This document shows, piece after piece, positions 23,180-34,603 of a stretch of DNA of 64,000 bases (its first letter is position 1; the number at the start of each line of letters is the position of its first letter). The stretch is from NCBI GenBank assembly GCA_028534125.1, contig CM052817.1, forward strand, positions 47,494,001-47,558,000, read 5' to 3'. Both the position numbers and the translations under genes were made by a program. The notes beneath the pieces are model-generated. The model was not told the DNA's origin. It searched no databases and saw nothing but the letters and a program-made list of their open reading frames with translations. The DNA is from Lama glama. Taxonomy: Eukaryota.

Positions 23180-25858
23180 TTTTTCTTTTTAGGCTCTATA
23201 ATTTATTTTTGCTATTTATTTTTTAAACATTTTTTTATTGAGTAATAGTCATTTTACAATATTGTTTCAAATTCCAGTGTAAAACACAATTTTTCAGTTA
23301 TACATGAACTTACATATATTCATTGTCACATTTTTTTTTCACTGTGAGCTACCACAAGATCTTGTATATATTTCCCTGTGCTATAAAGTATGGTCTTGTT
23401 TATCTATTCTACATTTTAAAATCCCAGTCTGTCCCTCCCCCCCATTCCCTTGGCAACCACAAGTTTGTATGCTATGTCTGTGAGTCTGTTTCTGTTTTGT
23501 ATTTATGTTTTTGTTTTTGTTTTTATTTTTAGATTCCACATATGATATTTTTCTTTCTCTTTCTGGCTTACTTCACTTAGAATGACATTCTCCAGAGCCA
23601 TCTATGTTGCTACAAATGACGTTATGTTGTCGGTTTTTGTGGCTGAATAGTATTCCATCATATAAATATACCACATCATCTTTGTCCAGTCATCTGTTGA
23701 TGGACATTTAGACTGTTTCCATGTCTTGGCTATTGTAAATAGTGCTGCTATGAACATTGGGGTGCAGGTGTCATTTTGAAGTAGGGTTCCTTCTGGATAT
23801 ATGCCCAGGAGTGGGATTCCNNNNNNNNNNNNNNNNNNNNNNNNNNNNNNNNNNNNNNNNNNNNNNNNNNNNNNNNNNNNNNNNNNNNNNNNNNNNNNNN
23901 NNNNNNNNNNNNNNNNNNNNTCTATTCTAAAGGATAGCCTTGCTGGATAGAGTATCCTAGGCTGCATCTTTTTTTCATTCAGGACTTTGAATATATCTTG
24001 CCACTCCCCTCTGGCCTGTAGTGTTTGTGTAGAGAAATCAGCTGAAAGCCTTATGGGGGTTCCCTTGTAACTCACTCTCTGTTTTTCTCTTGCTGCCTTT
24101 AGGATCACTTCTTTATCCTTGACTCTGGACATCTTGATTATGATATGTCTTGGTGTGGGTCTGTTTGGGTTCTTCCTGTTTGGGACCCTCTAAGCCTCCT
24201 GTACTTGGATATCTGATTCCTTCTTTAGGTTTGGGAAGTTTTCAGTCATGATTTCTTCAAATACCTTTTCAATCCCTTTTGTTCTTTCTTCCCCTTCTGG
24301 AACCCCTATTATGCATAGATTGGCATGCTTTATATTGTCCCATATGTCCCTTATATTGTTTCCATTGTTTTTTATTTGTTTTTTTCTCAGTTGTTCTGAT
24401 TGGGTGCTTTCTGTTGTGCTGTCTTCTAGGTCACTTATTTGTTCCTCTGCATTATCTAGCCTGCTTTGTACAGCCTTTAGGTCAGCTCTCATCTCAGCAA
24501 ATGAGTTTACTAATTTTACTTGGTTCTTCTTTATAGCTTCTGTTTCGTTTTTGACATATTTTATATTTCCAAACACTATCTCTTTCAGTTCCTTCAGTAC
24601 TTTGATCACTCCTTTTTTGAAATCTTGATCTAGTAGGCCATCAATGTCTATTTCATTGATCGTGCTTTCAGGGGATTTCTATTGATCTTTTAATTGGGAG
24701 TGGTTCCTCTGTTTCTTCATATTGCTCATATCTCTCTGGCACTGTGGCCGGTGGGCAGGCAGGTCACTCCCCCTCCCGATGCTGCAGTCAGATGCTGTGC
24801 TCAGAAGAGGCAGGTGGGTGGATCACGCCCCTTCCAAGCACCGTGGTCAGGTGCTGCATTCCTGCCAGGAAGGCGGGTGGCCACCCACCCTCTCCTGGTG
24901 TTGGTCGCTCCACTGCTATGTGCAGCTGCCTGCTCTGCCTCAGGTCGGCGCTCTGTAGGCAGGCTCGGGGAAGACTGCGGAACAGCCACACCTCTGCTCT
25001 GTGCCAAATTCAGCTCCTTGTTTGTCTTGGCAGCGTGAGTTCTCTGATGTGCCAGGGCAGAAAGATCCTATCTGCCTCAGGCTATAAACAAGTCTCAGTC
25101 CTGCCTAGGAGGTTGCGAAGCCCCCGGGTATGGATTCAGGGCTTGGCCCCGCCCCTGCCCAGGCGCTCTCACAGGAGGAGATGGCGGCTGTGGCTGTGTC
25201 CCGCCTCTTCTCTTGAGAAGTGCCAGTAATGGCGCCGTAGGTCTGAGGAGACAAAGGCTATGGTGCCCCTCCCCCCAGGGCACACCAGCCTTGTTGCTTT
25301 GCTTTTTTCACAATTTATGGGGGACCGAGGTTGTTCTGCTCCATATCCCCTCCCAGCCACAGCACACAGCACCCTGCAGTCCCTCAAGGCTGTGCCAGTG
25401 CCTCTGCCCTAGTCCTCCGCCCAGCTCAGGGTGGCCTGTCCCGGCTGCCAGCTGCCACCTCACGTCTTGGGCTGGGTGTCGCAGGGACCCTTTGTGCCTG
25501 TTTAACTTAGTTCTGTCAGTCAAGGGGTGCTTGGAGCAGATCTGAGCCTCGGAGGCTCCCCCTCTGTCCCGTTGGCCTCTCTGTTGGAGGGGGGAGACCC
25601 AGCGAATGAGCGCTAGTCCTCCTTTGCCGCTCCCTTCCCGCAGGACCCATCCAGCACTGTTTTGTTTTTTATTCTTTCTTTTTTCCTTCTCTCCTACCTG
25701 ATTTTTGGCATCTTTATCTTTCAAAGAGGGCAATGTTCTGTCAGAGTTCGGCAGGTGCTCTATTAGGCTGAGTGGGTCCGTAGATGTGAGTTTTTGTGTA
25801 TTTGTGGGAGAGGGTAAGCTACAAGAGTCCTTCTACTCCACCATCTTGCTTCTCTTTC
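23180..25858 (-). mobile_element. Apparently full-length L1 inserted antisense in host L1; middle lost in assembly gap
   Basis: GC-rich 5' UTR starting gaaagagaagcaagatggtggagtag (minus); ORF1 pieces 24190-24609 and 23921-24132 (ILKAAREK..PIRLSADFS..ILYPARLSF); ORF2 C-terminus and 3' UTR at 23190-23820; TSD tctggacggaacttt (23165-23179) / tctggagggaacttt (25859-25873). Confidence 0.93.
23821..23920. other. Assembly gap (100 N)
   Basis: Run of N between L1 ORF1 and the ORF2 C-terminus. Confidence 1.
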
Positions 25859-27989
25859 TCTGGAGGGAACTTTAATTTGAAAAGACACATGCACCCCAAT
25901 GTTTATAGCAGCACTAATTTACAATAGCCAGGACATGAAAACAACTTAAATATTCATTAACAGATGATTGGATAAAGAAGATGTGGTATATATATATATA
26001 TACAATGCAATACTACTCAGCCATAAATAAAGAATAAAATAATGCCATTTGCAGCAACATGGGTGGACTTGGAGATTGTCATTCTAAGTGAAGTAAGCCA
26101 GAAAGAAAGAAAAATACTATACAATATCACTTATATGTGGAATCTAAAAAAAAGGAAACAAATGAACTTATCTACAAAGCAGAAACAGACTCACAGACAT
26201 AGGGAACAAACTTATGGATACTAAGGGATAAAAGGGGTGGGATGGGATAAGTTGGGAGTTTGAGATTTTCAGATACTACTGTATATAAAAGAGATAAACA
26301 ATAAATTCATACTGTATAGCACAGGAAATTATATTCAATATCCTGTAGTAACCTACAATAAAAATGAAAAAGGATGTGAAAAGGAATATATGTATGTATA
26401 TGTTTGACTGAAACATGCTGTACACCAGAAATTGACACAACATTGTTAACTGACTACATTTCAACTAAAAAAAAAAACAGAAGAACTCAAATTTTTTAAG
26501 AAAAGGAAAGACAAATATAAATGCAATAGCTAAAATCAAAGTCACCCTAGTCATCTGATTTACATCCTTGTTTACCTGGATATGTGTGTATAGCCTAGCA
26601 AAGCAAATAAAAAATTAATATAAAGTTAGAAAAGAAAAACAGAGAAAAGCTACTGAATCAGGAGAGTTTGCAATACAGACCTAAGAGTTATTGTTTTTTA
26701 AGCACAATGGATAATTTTGATAAACATCCCTAGTTAAAAATCATAGTAGGACAATGAAGGAAAAGAGCTGAGAGGAGAGAATGGGGAGAAATCTTTGAAA
26801 ATTAACAAATAGAAATAAAATTCCTTAGAATGAAAAATAGAAGTAACTAGACTATCACGGAAATTTTTCCAACAGCTTTTCTTTCTCTTGCTAGTCAAAC
26901 AGTGTTGGCAGAAATTTATTAACACGTGAGCTACAATGAAGCTTAGCTTACTGAACTCTGAGTATTCTGGGCTGATAAGAACTTTTTCTTGATCTGAATA
27001 TAGGGCTTTTTTTTAAGTCTTTTGACTTGTTAATTGCCACCTCTAGAGCTTTAGTGCCCTTATACCATTAATTTTCTATGGGATATGTCTTAACTGCTAC
27101 TGGGAAAAAATACAGACATTGCTGGGAGGGAAACCAATGACATGAAAAGAATAGATACCATGTCTTACTCTCTCTTGATATAAAATAGTTCCTCACAATA
27201 TTCTGAAGGTAAAAGGAGGAAATACTCTAAAGACTTTTAGGATAGTCAGCTTATAATGATAAAAGGCATTTAATGATCAAGAACAAAAGAAAGAATTTCA
27301 AAGGTTAATTCCATCATTTAAAATTTCATCCTTGAATTCTAATGTCCTATAATGCAGGTGAGCTCCATCAAGCTGCTTCTAAGATAACAGTTTGGTGTGA
27401 TTTATTATAATAGAAGGCTTTGTTTTCTAATACATTTGGCTTTTCAGCCATTTCCTCTCTCTGCCAGAGGCCATTTAGGTAAAACTTACCATTGACATAT
27501 GTCCTAACAAAGAATCACACCTTAGAACTCAGGAGGAAACAATAGAGGTGATCTTTTCTAACCTTTCCTTTTTAAAGATATGGAGATTGAAGACTATTGT
27601 TAGCTTACTTACCTAGCGTCAAGTTACCTAGTTAACTCAGGACCAGACTAATTTTGTCTCTGGCTCCAGATTTTAATTCCACTTAACTTTAACATTCATG
27701 TTAATAGTCATTACTACACAGGTTGCAAAAATATATCTGAAGGAGATTTTGTAATGTGAAGTGAAGAATATATAAACTCAGTGCTTTGGTTGGACCACTC
27801 AAAAAAGTAGGCTATGATAGGAACCAGTGTGTAGCATCATAGTGACACCACTGATCTTTACTCTTTTCTTAATTTTCTGACCTGGTTTATAATTATCAAC
27901 TCAAACCTCAAAACTCCAATTAATCAAAATAATATAGGAGTCAGAGTGCATGTATAGTAGATAAGAACAATGACTTTAAACTTTTTTTA

Positions 27990-29050
27990 GAGACATGGAT
28001 TTATTTATGAATTTGAGGCAAACCAGGAAAAATGTATTATATATAATAAAGTCCACTTGAAACTCATCCAGATAAGAACCTTGATATAGACCCAACATAG
28101 TCACTCCCAATTGCCAAATCCAAGGTATATGAGCAAAAATAATGATAGCAATGGATTATAATACATACAGTAAAAGAAAATTTTGTGAGTTCATACAGAC
28201 ATAAATAATTGAGTGGTAAATTGTTTACTAATATAATATAATAATTGACTAAGTAAGTGGTGGGGGGCAGTTCTTCCCTATAGTAGAATTCCAGGTAATA
28301 AATGTAGCAGGAATGATAGAAGTAAAAAAACAAATCACTAATTGTCAAACTGTAGAGTAATAATTTTTGCAGGCAAGTGTCAGCAACAAATGACAAAATT
28401 AGTGGTTACAAATATAATGAGAAATAGGATATATACATAGTCCCAAAGTATCTCTTCACAAAGGAGTTATTAATTACAAAGGGAAAACTAGTAACTTTAC
28501 ATTTGTGAAAGCTGGCACAAAGCATCTTAACCATGGGGTCAAAGTTAATCTTACCCCTAATGAGTCATATTAACACCCTGTGTGTCCTGATACAGTGTTC
28601 TGGAAGGGCCCAACATAACTTTTGTGATATTATTGGTAAAAACTCATAACCTGAATTTAATCATGAGGAGTCATCATAATAATTCAAATTGAGGGGCATT
28701 CTACAAAATAACTGACCAGTACTCTTCAAACTATCAAGGTCATGAAAGAAAAAGAAAAACTGAGGAACCATCCCAGATTTAGGAAGACTAAAAAGATATG
28801 ACAACTGAATGTCATAGATTGGATCATGGACCAATAAAAGGATATTAGTGGGACAATTGACAAAATTTTAAGTGGATCACTAGATTAATTGATCACATTA
28901 ATGTTAATTATCTAGATTTGTACTATGTACTGTGGTTATGAAAACTGTTGGCATTTGGAGAATCTGGCTGAAGGGTATGTGGAAATTCTTTGTTCTATAT
29001 TTGTAACATTTTTTGTAAGTCTGAAATTATTTGAAGCTAAAGATAAAAGT
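27990..29050 (+). mobile_element. L1MC-type 3' end
   Basis: cataacctgaatttaatcatgagga..caaattgaggggcattctacaaaataactgacc..ttttgtaagtctgaaattattt. Confidence 0.8.
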
Positions 29051-31229
29051 TAAAGATAAAAATCAGTGCATTAAAAGAACCCCGGGTTTGATGTTTCCCC
29101 TTATTTCATTTATTGTGTTTTTAACCTTTAAAGGTTATAACATAAAATCATTTTTTTTGAGACTTTGGAGATAGGTTGTCAGACAGTGTTATTTATGTGT
29201 TTCTGCTAAGCACAAAATGAGAAAATATGTGATTAATAGGAGATATAATAGTAAATAAAATCAATATTGAAAATTATAAACCATGACTCTTAAACATCAA
29301 CTTTCACTAAAGCATAACTGACATACAATAAAATATGCATTGCAAGTGTACGGTTTGGTCAGGTTTTATTCAAAATTATTCAAATTTAGTTGTTTCAGCA
29401 TAGTTTTCTTCCATATATCTTCAGAGTTTATAGCAGACAACTGAGTCTTGCCTGTCTGTCTTCCCTTTCTTAGTTCATGACTCTCTTAGGCACCCATTTA
29501 TTCAACCAGAAACCTTCTAATAGGATAGAGATATTTTCCCCCCAGGGGATGCACTTTACTAGGGGAAATTAGGTTTATAAATTAATATGTAGAATGCAAT
29601 CTAGAAAGTGCTAATTGATTGAAAGCAAATACAGATTCTGGACTATGGGGAAAGAGTATTAGAGATGTCTTTGAAGTAGGGGAATAAGGAAGGCTATGAG
29701 GAAGAAGTGTGCTTGAACTAGGCCTTGAAGGTTAGTTAGAAGTTAGATCTTTGAAGATGGATGACAGGGAATTCCAGGCAGAGAAGGTAGTTGAATATTC
29801 AAAGCTCCAAACAGATGCACAGCATGTATTTGAACTTGGCTATATATAGGTTGCATGAAGGAAATTAATGCAAACTAAGAAAATGAAGATAGATAGCAAT
29901 TATACGACTCCCCAGAGAGGGCTTCTCCTCTTTGTTTAGTTATATTTAAAAACTAGTTACTGAGCCAACAATGGATGGATATTTACTATGTTTAAGACAT
30001 TAGGAGGATATAAAGAAAATTCTTGGCGGGTTAAGAACAGGAAGCGCAAAGTTTAGTGAAGATGATAAAATGAACTCTTCTAAATGTTAGTTTGATTTGG
30101 AAGAAGTACAAGCTGGTGCTGTAGGATCATGCCATTTTTGTTATTGTTGGAACTGGTTAAATTTTTTGCCAAATTGCTAAGTGAAAGTCAATTAAAAGGA
30201 CATAAAAGACAAGTGTTCCATCTACTCTAATCCCTTTGGAAGCTAGAATTTCCCGCAGCCACTACAACACCTAACTAGTATTTACCATCATTTATCTTGA
30301 CTCTACAAACCACTGGCACTTTTCTTTCTTTGCATATTCAGTTTTACACACTTTGGTGATGAAGTCTGAAGGCATCACTGTCTTAGTGTCCTTTCTTTGT
30401 CTGTTGCAATGCTTTCCTGTTTAACATATCCATTTAAGACAGGATAAAGGGAAGGTTAATATTCTTAACCTAATATTCTGAGATTAGCTAAAATCATCCC
30501 ACCTAACTTGCATCCAAAAGCATTCCAAAAAGTAGATCAAGGGTTGGTTTTCACAATCATTAATAAAACTGACATCAGAATTTGAAATCCACATATATTG
30601 GGAATAGTAAGCAAAATGTTACATGAATAGTATTTTTATGAAAGTGAATCTGTTTATTCCTTAAACATTTGTTGAATCATAAACACAATGATCCCTACCT
30701 TCAAGAAGCTGATAATATGAAACAAAAACCAAGAATGCCATCAGAAACATATTATTGTAATCCCTTGACCTTATAGATGAGGAAGTAACCACGTGTATAT
30801 TCTATACTATTTTGGTTACAGTAGTTACTGTTGGTCAGAAGAAATAAAGCATGTCAGCTTCAGAAAACCTCATCTTTTCACACAAAGATTCGTGTTCAGA
30901 ATCAAGGCAATGGGTAATACATATCATGGCAATTAAAATCCACTTTCACACCTTTGTTCTGTGGTCTCTCCAAAATAACTTTTTTCCCATTGTTCCTTCC
31001 TTCCCTGCTTCCCCATTTCTTTTTTCTGGTAATATTTCATTTATCGAGATCAGGATCAACTCTCAGCTCCTATAAGGCTTTCATAAATCATTTCCTTTTT
31101 CTTCTAAAATGTGTGAATTCCTTGGCAGCAGCTGCCTAGTAGGTTGTTTGTTCCTTGAGTGCAATTACTATACGTTATTAAGCTTCCTATTTCCAACATC
31201 AAAAAGAATGTTGGCCACATAGTACACAT

Positions 31230-32050
31230 CCAATAAAAATTTAAATGATTCAGTCTTTTAAGAAGTATTTTAACGCTGTATACCAGGTATTCAGTTGGGA
31301 ACACAGAAGACATTTAATGCTGTATACCAGGTATTCAGTTGGGAACACAGAAGGCCTTACTTGGATTACAGACTGGTGGGGAAATCAAGTAAAGACATTG
31401 AAGGTTATGATAAGAGCTATACAGGGCACCAACAGTTGGCCTGGAAAGGAAGTAACAGGGCAAATGGATGATAGGGATTCTGCATAGACAAGATGGTCAA
31501 GAAAGCCTTTCCCCAGAAGTGATGGCTACATTGAGATTCAAAATAAAAGAAAGAGCCAGTCATTGAACAAGGGTAAGTGTTTTGGTTATGAAAAGGAAGC
31601 CACTGTGGCTTGAGTTAAGCATACAAGGAGTCAGGTGGAGCTTGACAAAAAAGGCAAGCACCTTTCCGGTCATGGGAGGAGATCGAATTCAATTTTGAGT
31701 GAGTTAATGGGAAGCCATTGAAGGCCTCTTTCTGTGTTGTAAAGAATAGATTGGAGAGGTTTTGGGACAAAGAAGACAGATCAATTGGTTATCAATTGTA
31801 GATGTCTAGGCAAGAGATAATGGTTTATTAGACAATGGTGGTTGAAATAATAAGGGAGTATTTATGGTAGAATCAGTAGAATTTGTCAGTGGATCAAAGA
31901 AGGGGCTGAGGCAAAGGGAGGAATCCACCATGATGTACACTTTTCTGACTTGACTTCTGCTGGATGATGGTGGCATCCATGCAGATGTGGTGGTCTATGA
32001 AAAAAAACATAGATTGTGTGGAATCAAGGTTAGTGATGAAATCTTTGAAG
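31230..32050 (-). mobile_element. L2 fragment
   Basis: aatgggaagccattgaagg..tctaggcaagagataatggt..ggatgatggtggcat; purine-rich antisense L2 pattern. Confidence 0.65.
31269..31353. repeat. 44-bp tandem duplication
   Basis: ttta(a)(c/t)gctgtataccaggtattcagttgggaacacagaag twice, starting 31269 and 31313. Confidence 0.95.
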
Positions 32051-32089
32051 ATGTCTGAAATCATCTAGTTCTAGGTCTAGTTTCAAAAG

Positions 32090-32360
32090 AATGATTCAAT
32101 GTTATTAAGGATGGAGGCTCGTACAACTACCAACGAAGGTTTAGCCTGTGCTTGTGCCCAGTCCTGTGCTGTTTCGCATGAATTATATAATACTCCTCAA
32201 CTATGAAATATGTTCATTTTCAGCCCCAGTCTGTAAATTAGGGGGTTGAGATTTGGAGAAGTTACATGACCTTCTCGGAGTCGGCTAATGGGTGGCACAG
32301 CCAAGACGAGCCTGGATGGACTTTTGCCTCCAGAACCCAGTGATCTTCCTCCCTAAGCTT
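32090..32360 (-). mobile_element. MIR SINE (degenerate)
   Basis: ccccagtctgtaaattagggggttgagatttggagaagttacatgacc..ggtggcacagcc. Confidence 0.55.
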
Positions 32361-33199
32361 TACTGACTCTTGTTACAAAGTCGAGGCGTTTTGTATACCC
32401 ACTGCAAAATACAACTCTGATGTCTTTAGTTTACCTATTTCTGTGTCTTGTTAGAATACCATTCAAGTCATTGAAATTGAGAGTTCAATTACTTGCCTAG
32501 TTGAATCGAATCAGTCAGCAATCTAGTTTAAGAGTCTCTCTAACAGGGTGATAAAGCAGATTTTGCCATTAAGGGGGTGAGTTGTTTTCTTTCAATGTGC
32601 CAGATGTTCCCTGTCACCAACACTTTGCTGTGGCAAGTACCCCTGTCATTTGCTAAGATCTATGAAGTGATCTGGGTCTATTATGTCTATTAAAATTGTC
32701 AGTGCCCTGCAGAGAATTAAGTCTATGCCTTAATCTCAGGATTTACCAAAAGAAAAGGAAACAATTCGTTTAAAAGGATGCCTCCCAGTATGAAAAACAA
32801 TCTTGTACTTTCAAGTAATTCTTAATAATTAAAAGAGAATTTGTTATTTTTTTAACATACTGAAATTGGCTTCTATGATGGATAATAAACTAATAACTCA
32901 TAGATGTGTTTTCTGGACATGGCAGACTTCCCTACCTCATATTTTTTAAAGAAAGTATATACTCCCCGGAAGTACTCTAGTCCTCATAGAGCGTTAATGG
33001 ACTTATTCAAAGGTTAGCAAATAAATGTGATTTTGGTTACTTAATGATGATTCAATCTCTACACTACTTTTGATTTCTTAACTAGTGTTTCTGAAAATGT
33101 TGAATGTGAGTGCAAGGCAGATTTATCTGAGGAGTGTACATGTTCAGGCAACTAGAGCAGATCATGTAGCAGTTTTCTGTTTTGGGTTATTATCTTTAA

Positions 33200-33830
33200 T
33201 TATCTTTAATCTATTTTCACACCCTAGGCCAAGTCCTGTTAGATTCTAGGGGGACAAAAATTAATAAAATTTAGCTCCTTTTCACAGCAAGCTAATTCTA
33301 GCAGGTGAAATTTAAAAATCAAGAAATAATAATAATAAAATATGATCAGTTCTTCAAAAGATTAAGCCACAAAGTACTATGTAAACATTAATTGAAAAGA
33401 AAGGAATGTGGTTTGGCAAATATGCCATTGGCAAATGAAATCTTCACAGAAGATGTGTCATTTGAGTTGGACTTTAGGGAATGAACTGTCATTTCTCTGC
33501 TAGAAAAAGAGAGGTCTTGGGAGTCTTGGAAGATGGGGAACAGATTATAAAAGAATTCTAAAAGTGGTAGTTCATGATGTGTTTGGGGACACTGGAGGTT
33601 TGTCTGTTGGTGAAATTGAAGAGTATTTAGGGGAGATGGCAGAAGATAAGGCTAGGCAAAACTTCTGGGCTACCTTTAGAAAAATATATGTGCCATTCTA
33701 AGAAGTTTGAATTTCATCTTGCTAATGAAGAGTCACAGAGGGTTTTAAAGAGGGTCAGTCTGTGTTTTAAAAAGAATTCTGGATGAATTAGAAGGATTTG
33801 GAGGAAGAGACTCTGTTAGAGGCTGTGCTG
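33200..33830 (-). mobile_element. L2 fragment
   Basis: cttcacagaagatgtgtcatttgagttggacttt..atgccattctaagaagtttgaatttcatctt..gggttttaaag; similar sequence continues near 35120-35700. Confidence 0.6.
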
Positions 33831-34053
33831 TGAACATAAACACATAGTATATAAGTGCCAGGATTGGAGGACACACCACAGTCTATCTGGCTTCAAGCTC
33901 CGTGTAGTTTACACTACCCCTCCCTGCCTCAACAAAGTGTCTTAATGTCCCCAGTATGGATTGAACATACCAGGTCACAGAGACAGAGTGGAGTAGGCAC
34001 AAGTCAGTTTAGCTGCCTCTTATATAAACATGTACATTTTCCCTGTAATATCC

Positions 34054-34603
34054 TGTTACCCAACAAAAGTTCATGAGCCCGATGCACTGTGAGGCCAAAC
34101 AAACTGAAACATCAGAGTTTGGATCAGAGAAAGGTTTACTGCAGGACCAACCAAGGAGAACAGATGGCTTGTGCTTGAAAAACCCTAACTCTCTGAAGGT
34201 TTTCAGGGAAAAGTTTTTATAGGCGAAATTTGGGATGACATGTGTGTGTGACTCTCTCCTGATTGGTTGGTGCTTAAGTAGCAGGGTGGTGTTCCGGGAA
34301 TCTTGTGCTCACCCTGAAGTTACTATCTTTCACCTGGGTGGGGGCTTTAGTTCCTGCAGAAGAACTTAAAGATATTGTTACTTATTGTCCTTGAGGAGGA
34401 ACCAGGACCCAGCCCCAAGGCTGCGCTATTGTTTCTTGACTGTTCCGCCCTCCTTTCTCTGATTATTGAAATATTTGAATCTGCCCTTTGGAACTCAGGG
34501 AAAGTCAGGGAAGCTGTGAAACAAACCTATTTCCTACAAACAAGAAACGGGACACACAGAAAGGATTTGTACCAGGGAGGACCCACCAGGTCCTGCTGTT
34601 TCA
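34054..34603 (-). mobile_element. ERV1-type solo LTR
   Basis: TGTTACC..GTTTCA termini; antisense TATA (tttata) and CCAAT (gattggttgg). No clean TSD. Confidence 0.75.

Larger units (their letters stand above)
18940..26477 (+). mobile_element. 5'-truncated host L1 (decayed ORF2 and 3' UTR), interrupted by two younger L1s
   Basis: ORF2 fragments: EN/linker [13 protein letters not shown] motifs [14 protein letters not shown] and [21 protein letters not shown]. Many stops and frameshifts; polyA at 26467-26477. Host segments are 18940-20028, 20584-23179 and 25874-26477. Confidence 0.95.

Noticed and set aside
23602..24132. 176-aa ORF appearing to fuse L1 ORF1 to the ORF2 C-terminus
   Set aside because: Artefact of translating through the 100-N gap.
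24694..25733. Cluster of 100-160 aa ORFs on both strands
   Set aside because: They lie in the GC-rich L1 5' UTR where stops are rare; no recognisable protein.
31269..31353. Direct repeat as a possible CRISPR-like array
   Set aside because: Only two adjacent copies, no spacers, mammalian intron.
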